The position numbers and the translations under genes were made by a program. Below, piece by piece: positions 62,391 through 64,000 of a stretch of DNA of 64,000 bases. The notes under the pieces were generated by a model. It was not told the DNA's origin. It saw only the letters and a program-made list of their open reading frames with translations, and made no database searches. The stretch lies in the NCBI RefSeq assembly GCF_963921235.1, contig NC_086108.1, forward strand, positions 91,080,001 through 91,144,000, given 5' to 3'. Every line of letters begins with the position of its first letter. Position 1 is the first letter of the stretch. This DNA is from Mobula hypostoma. Lineage: Eukaryota.

Positions 62391-63449
62391 GTGAGGAAAA
62401 AAATTTGCAGTGCTTGTGGAGCATGTAATCCAGTACCCAAAATATATAATGTTCTACAGCTATAGTTTAACTCGCTCTTTTCATTTAAGCCAAGTGAAAT
62501 CTCTGCTACAAACCTAAATTGTTGGGGGAGAAATCTATTAAAAGTCTATCAAATCAGCAATAATTAATCTGGGAACCCAATTGTATGTCACCAGCAATAT
62601 AAAAGCTATTTTCATCTAACAATAAACAGGCAGCATGCATCAAAAAGCTACAAACTCTCTAATTTAATATAATATTCTTGCAGTCTTTTGAAAACATGTT
62701 GTACCTCCAACCATCTCAAAACAATCTGCAGGAATAGCTCAGAAACAATCTGATTCCGAGCTGCAATAATGCATACTAGGCATGTGTTCAAATGCTGGAG
62801 CACCAAATTATGTTTTAAGGAGTTACTTAAAGGACAGGCTGTTTAACCAACTGGAACTACAGATGTTCATTGTGACAGCAACAATAATTTCCAGGTTATT
62901 CTTTCTATCCATTTACTTCAACATAATTATGAGGCTATGAGTTTTGAATACTAAATGCTGTAAAAAATGTTGTAAGCATTTGGAACCAAGGATACAGTCT
63001 AAAATAAAAAATAAGTTTTTGTACCTTTCAAAGACTGATGCTCTAGGTACAGTATTTGCATGTGAGAAATTGGCTGCACAGTTGAGAATCTTAGTTTCAA
63101 ACATTTTGCCAGCTTTGCTAGTCCCCGTCATAAAATTTGAACCAAAAAACTGAACACACTCTTACCTCGCCCCATGCATTAGATATTAAGGGTAGGTTCT
63201 GAATGGTGAAGATGTTCAGCGATTTTTACCTGCCAAGTAAAATCAATGCTAAATTTGATCAAAACCTGAAGAGGATGATATATATTCCTGTCACTAAGCT
63301 GCATTGCGGTGTATCCTGCTCCCATCATTTTTACAACAGTCAGCCTACTCATCTTATAAGAAGTCAAAGAAGGTTTATTTACCAATGCAATCTGTTAAAA
63401 AAAGATGCACAGTGTTAAGATACAAAGGACCTATACCCTAAGGTTGATG

Positions 63450-63545
63450 CAACACTCACAATACGCTGGAGGAACTCAGCAAGTCGGGCAGCATCCGTGG
63501 AAAAGCTCGGTCGACGTTTCGGGCCGGAACCCTTTATCAGGGTTG
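63450..63545 (-). mobile_element. PLE terminal repeat with mutated hammerhead (CTGATAA)
   Basis: Minus strand ctgataa-agggttccggccc-gaaa-cgtc-gacc. Confidence 0.75.
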
Positions 63546-63619
63546 ATATTGCTTGAAGGGCAGTGTTGAGGTCCTCCATCATGAAAGATGCTGGAGACAT
63601 TCTTCCAACAGAAAAAGTA

Positions 63620-64000
63620 GCTCTGATGAATACCTAAGAGATGGATTTTTAGAGCAGTTGTTGAGCCTACTAGGGGATCAGCTGCATTGTGCTGGGTGTT
63701 ATGTAATGAACTGGAGGCAATTAAGGGAGCTTAAGGTAAAAGAACCCTTAGGAACCAGTGATCACAATATGATTGACTTCAATTTGCAATTTAATAGGGA
63801 AAAAGTAAAGCCTGATGTGGCAGTATTTCAGTGGAGTAAAGGAAATTACAGTGGTATGAGAGAGGAGCTGGCCCAAGTAAACTGGAAGGAGCTGCTGGCA
63901 GGGATGTCAGCAGAGCAGCAATGGTGTGTTTCTGGGGAAAATGAGGAAGGTGCAGGACATGTGTATTCTAAAAATGAAGAAATACTCCAATGTTAAAAGA
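63620..64000 (+). mobile_element. CR1 APE C-terminal fragment (runs off the window)
   Basis: LRDGFLEQ...VKEPLGTSDHNMIDFNLQF...WSKGNYSGMREELAQVNW. Confidence 0.88.

Noticed and set aside
62913..63418. Short overlapping ORFs as the next DPYD exon
   Set aside because: No match to the expected KLPSFGPYLEQR-like peptide.

Overview
Eukaryotic (vertebrate) intronic DNA, most likely from a cartilaginous fish (shark/ray-type V-SINEs, Deu-SINE and CR1 LINEs). The only host gene feature is one 180-bp coding exon of DPYD (dihydropyrimidine dehydrogenase, + strand, 18082-18261). The rest is a densely nested set of transposable elements: CR1 and Rex1/Babar LINEs, Penelope-like elements (PLEs) with RT and GIY-YIG remnants, V-SINEs, an ancient Deu-SINE, RTE-type short elements, two Tc1 remnants, a deleted hAT transposon, a hAT MITE and a Gypsy-type solo LTR. 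The most notable signals are: (i) about ten minimal hammerhead-ribozyme motifs in PLE terminal repeats, one with a perfect core; (ii) an inverted PLE insertion whose junction sits at the predicted ribozyme cleavage site; (iii) an in-frame chimeric CR1 with two endonuclease N-termini; (iv) non-coding elements with an AAGATGG head and a Rex1-like tail; (v) an AG|GTATG exon start compatible with recursive splicing. All family calls were made by eye without database searches. Repeat boundaries are approximate unless a target-site duplication (TSD) or terminal inverted repeat (TIR) is quoted.
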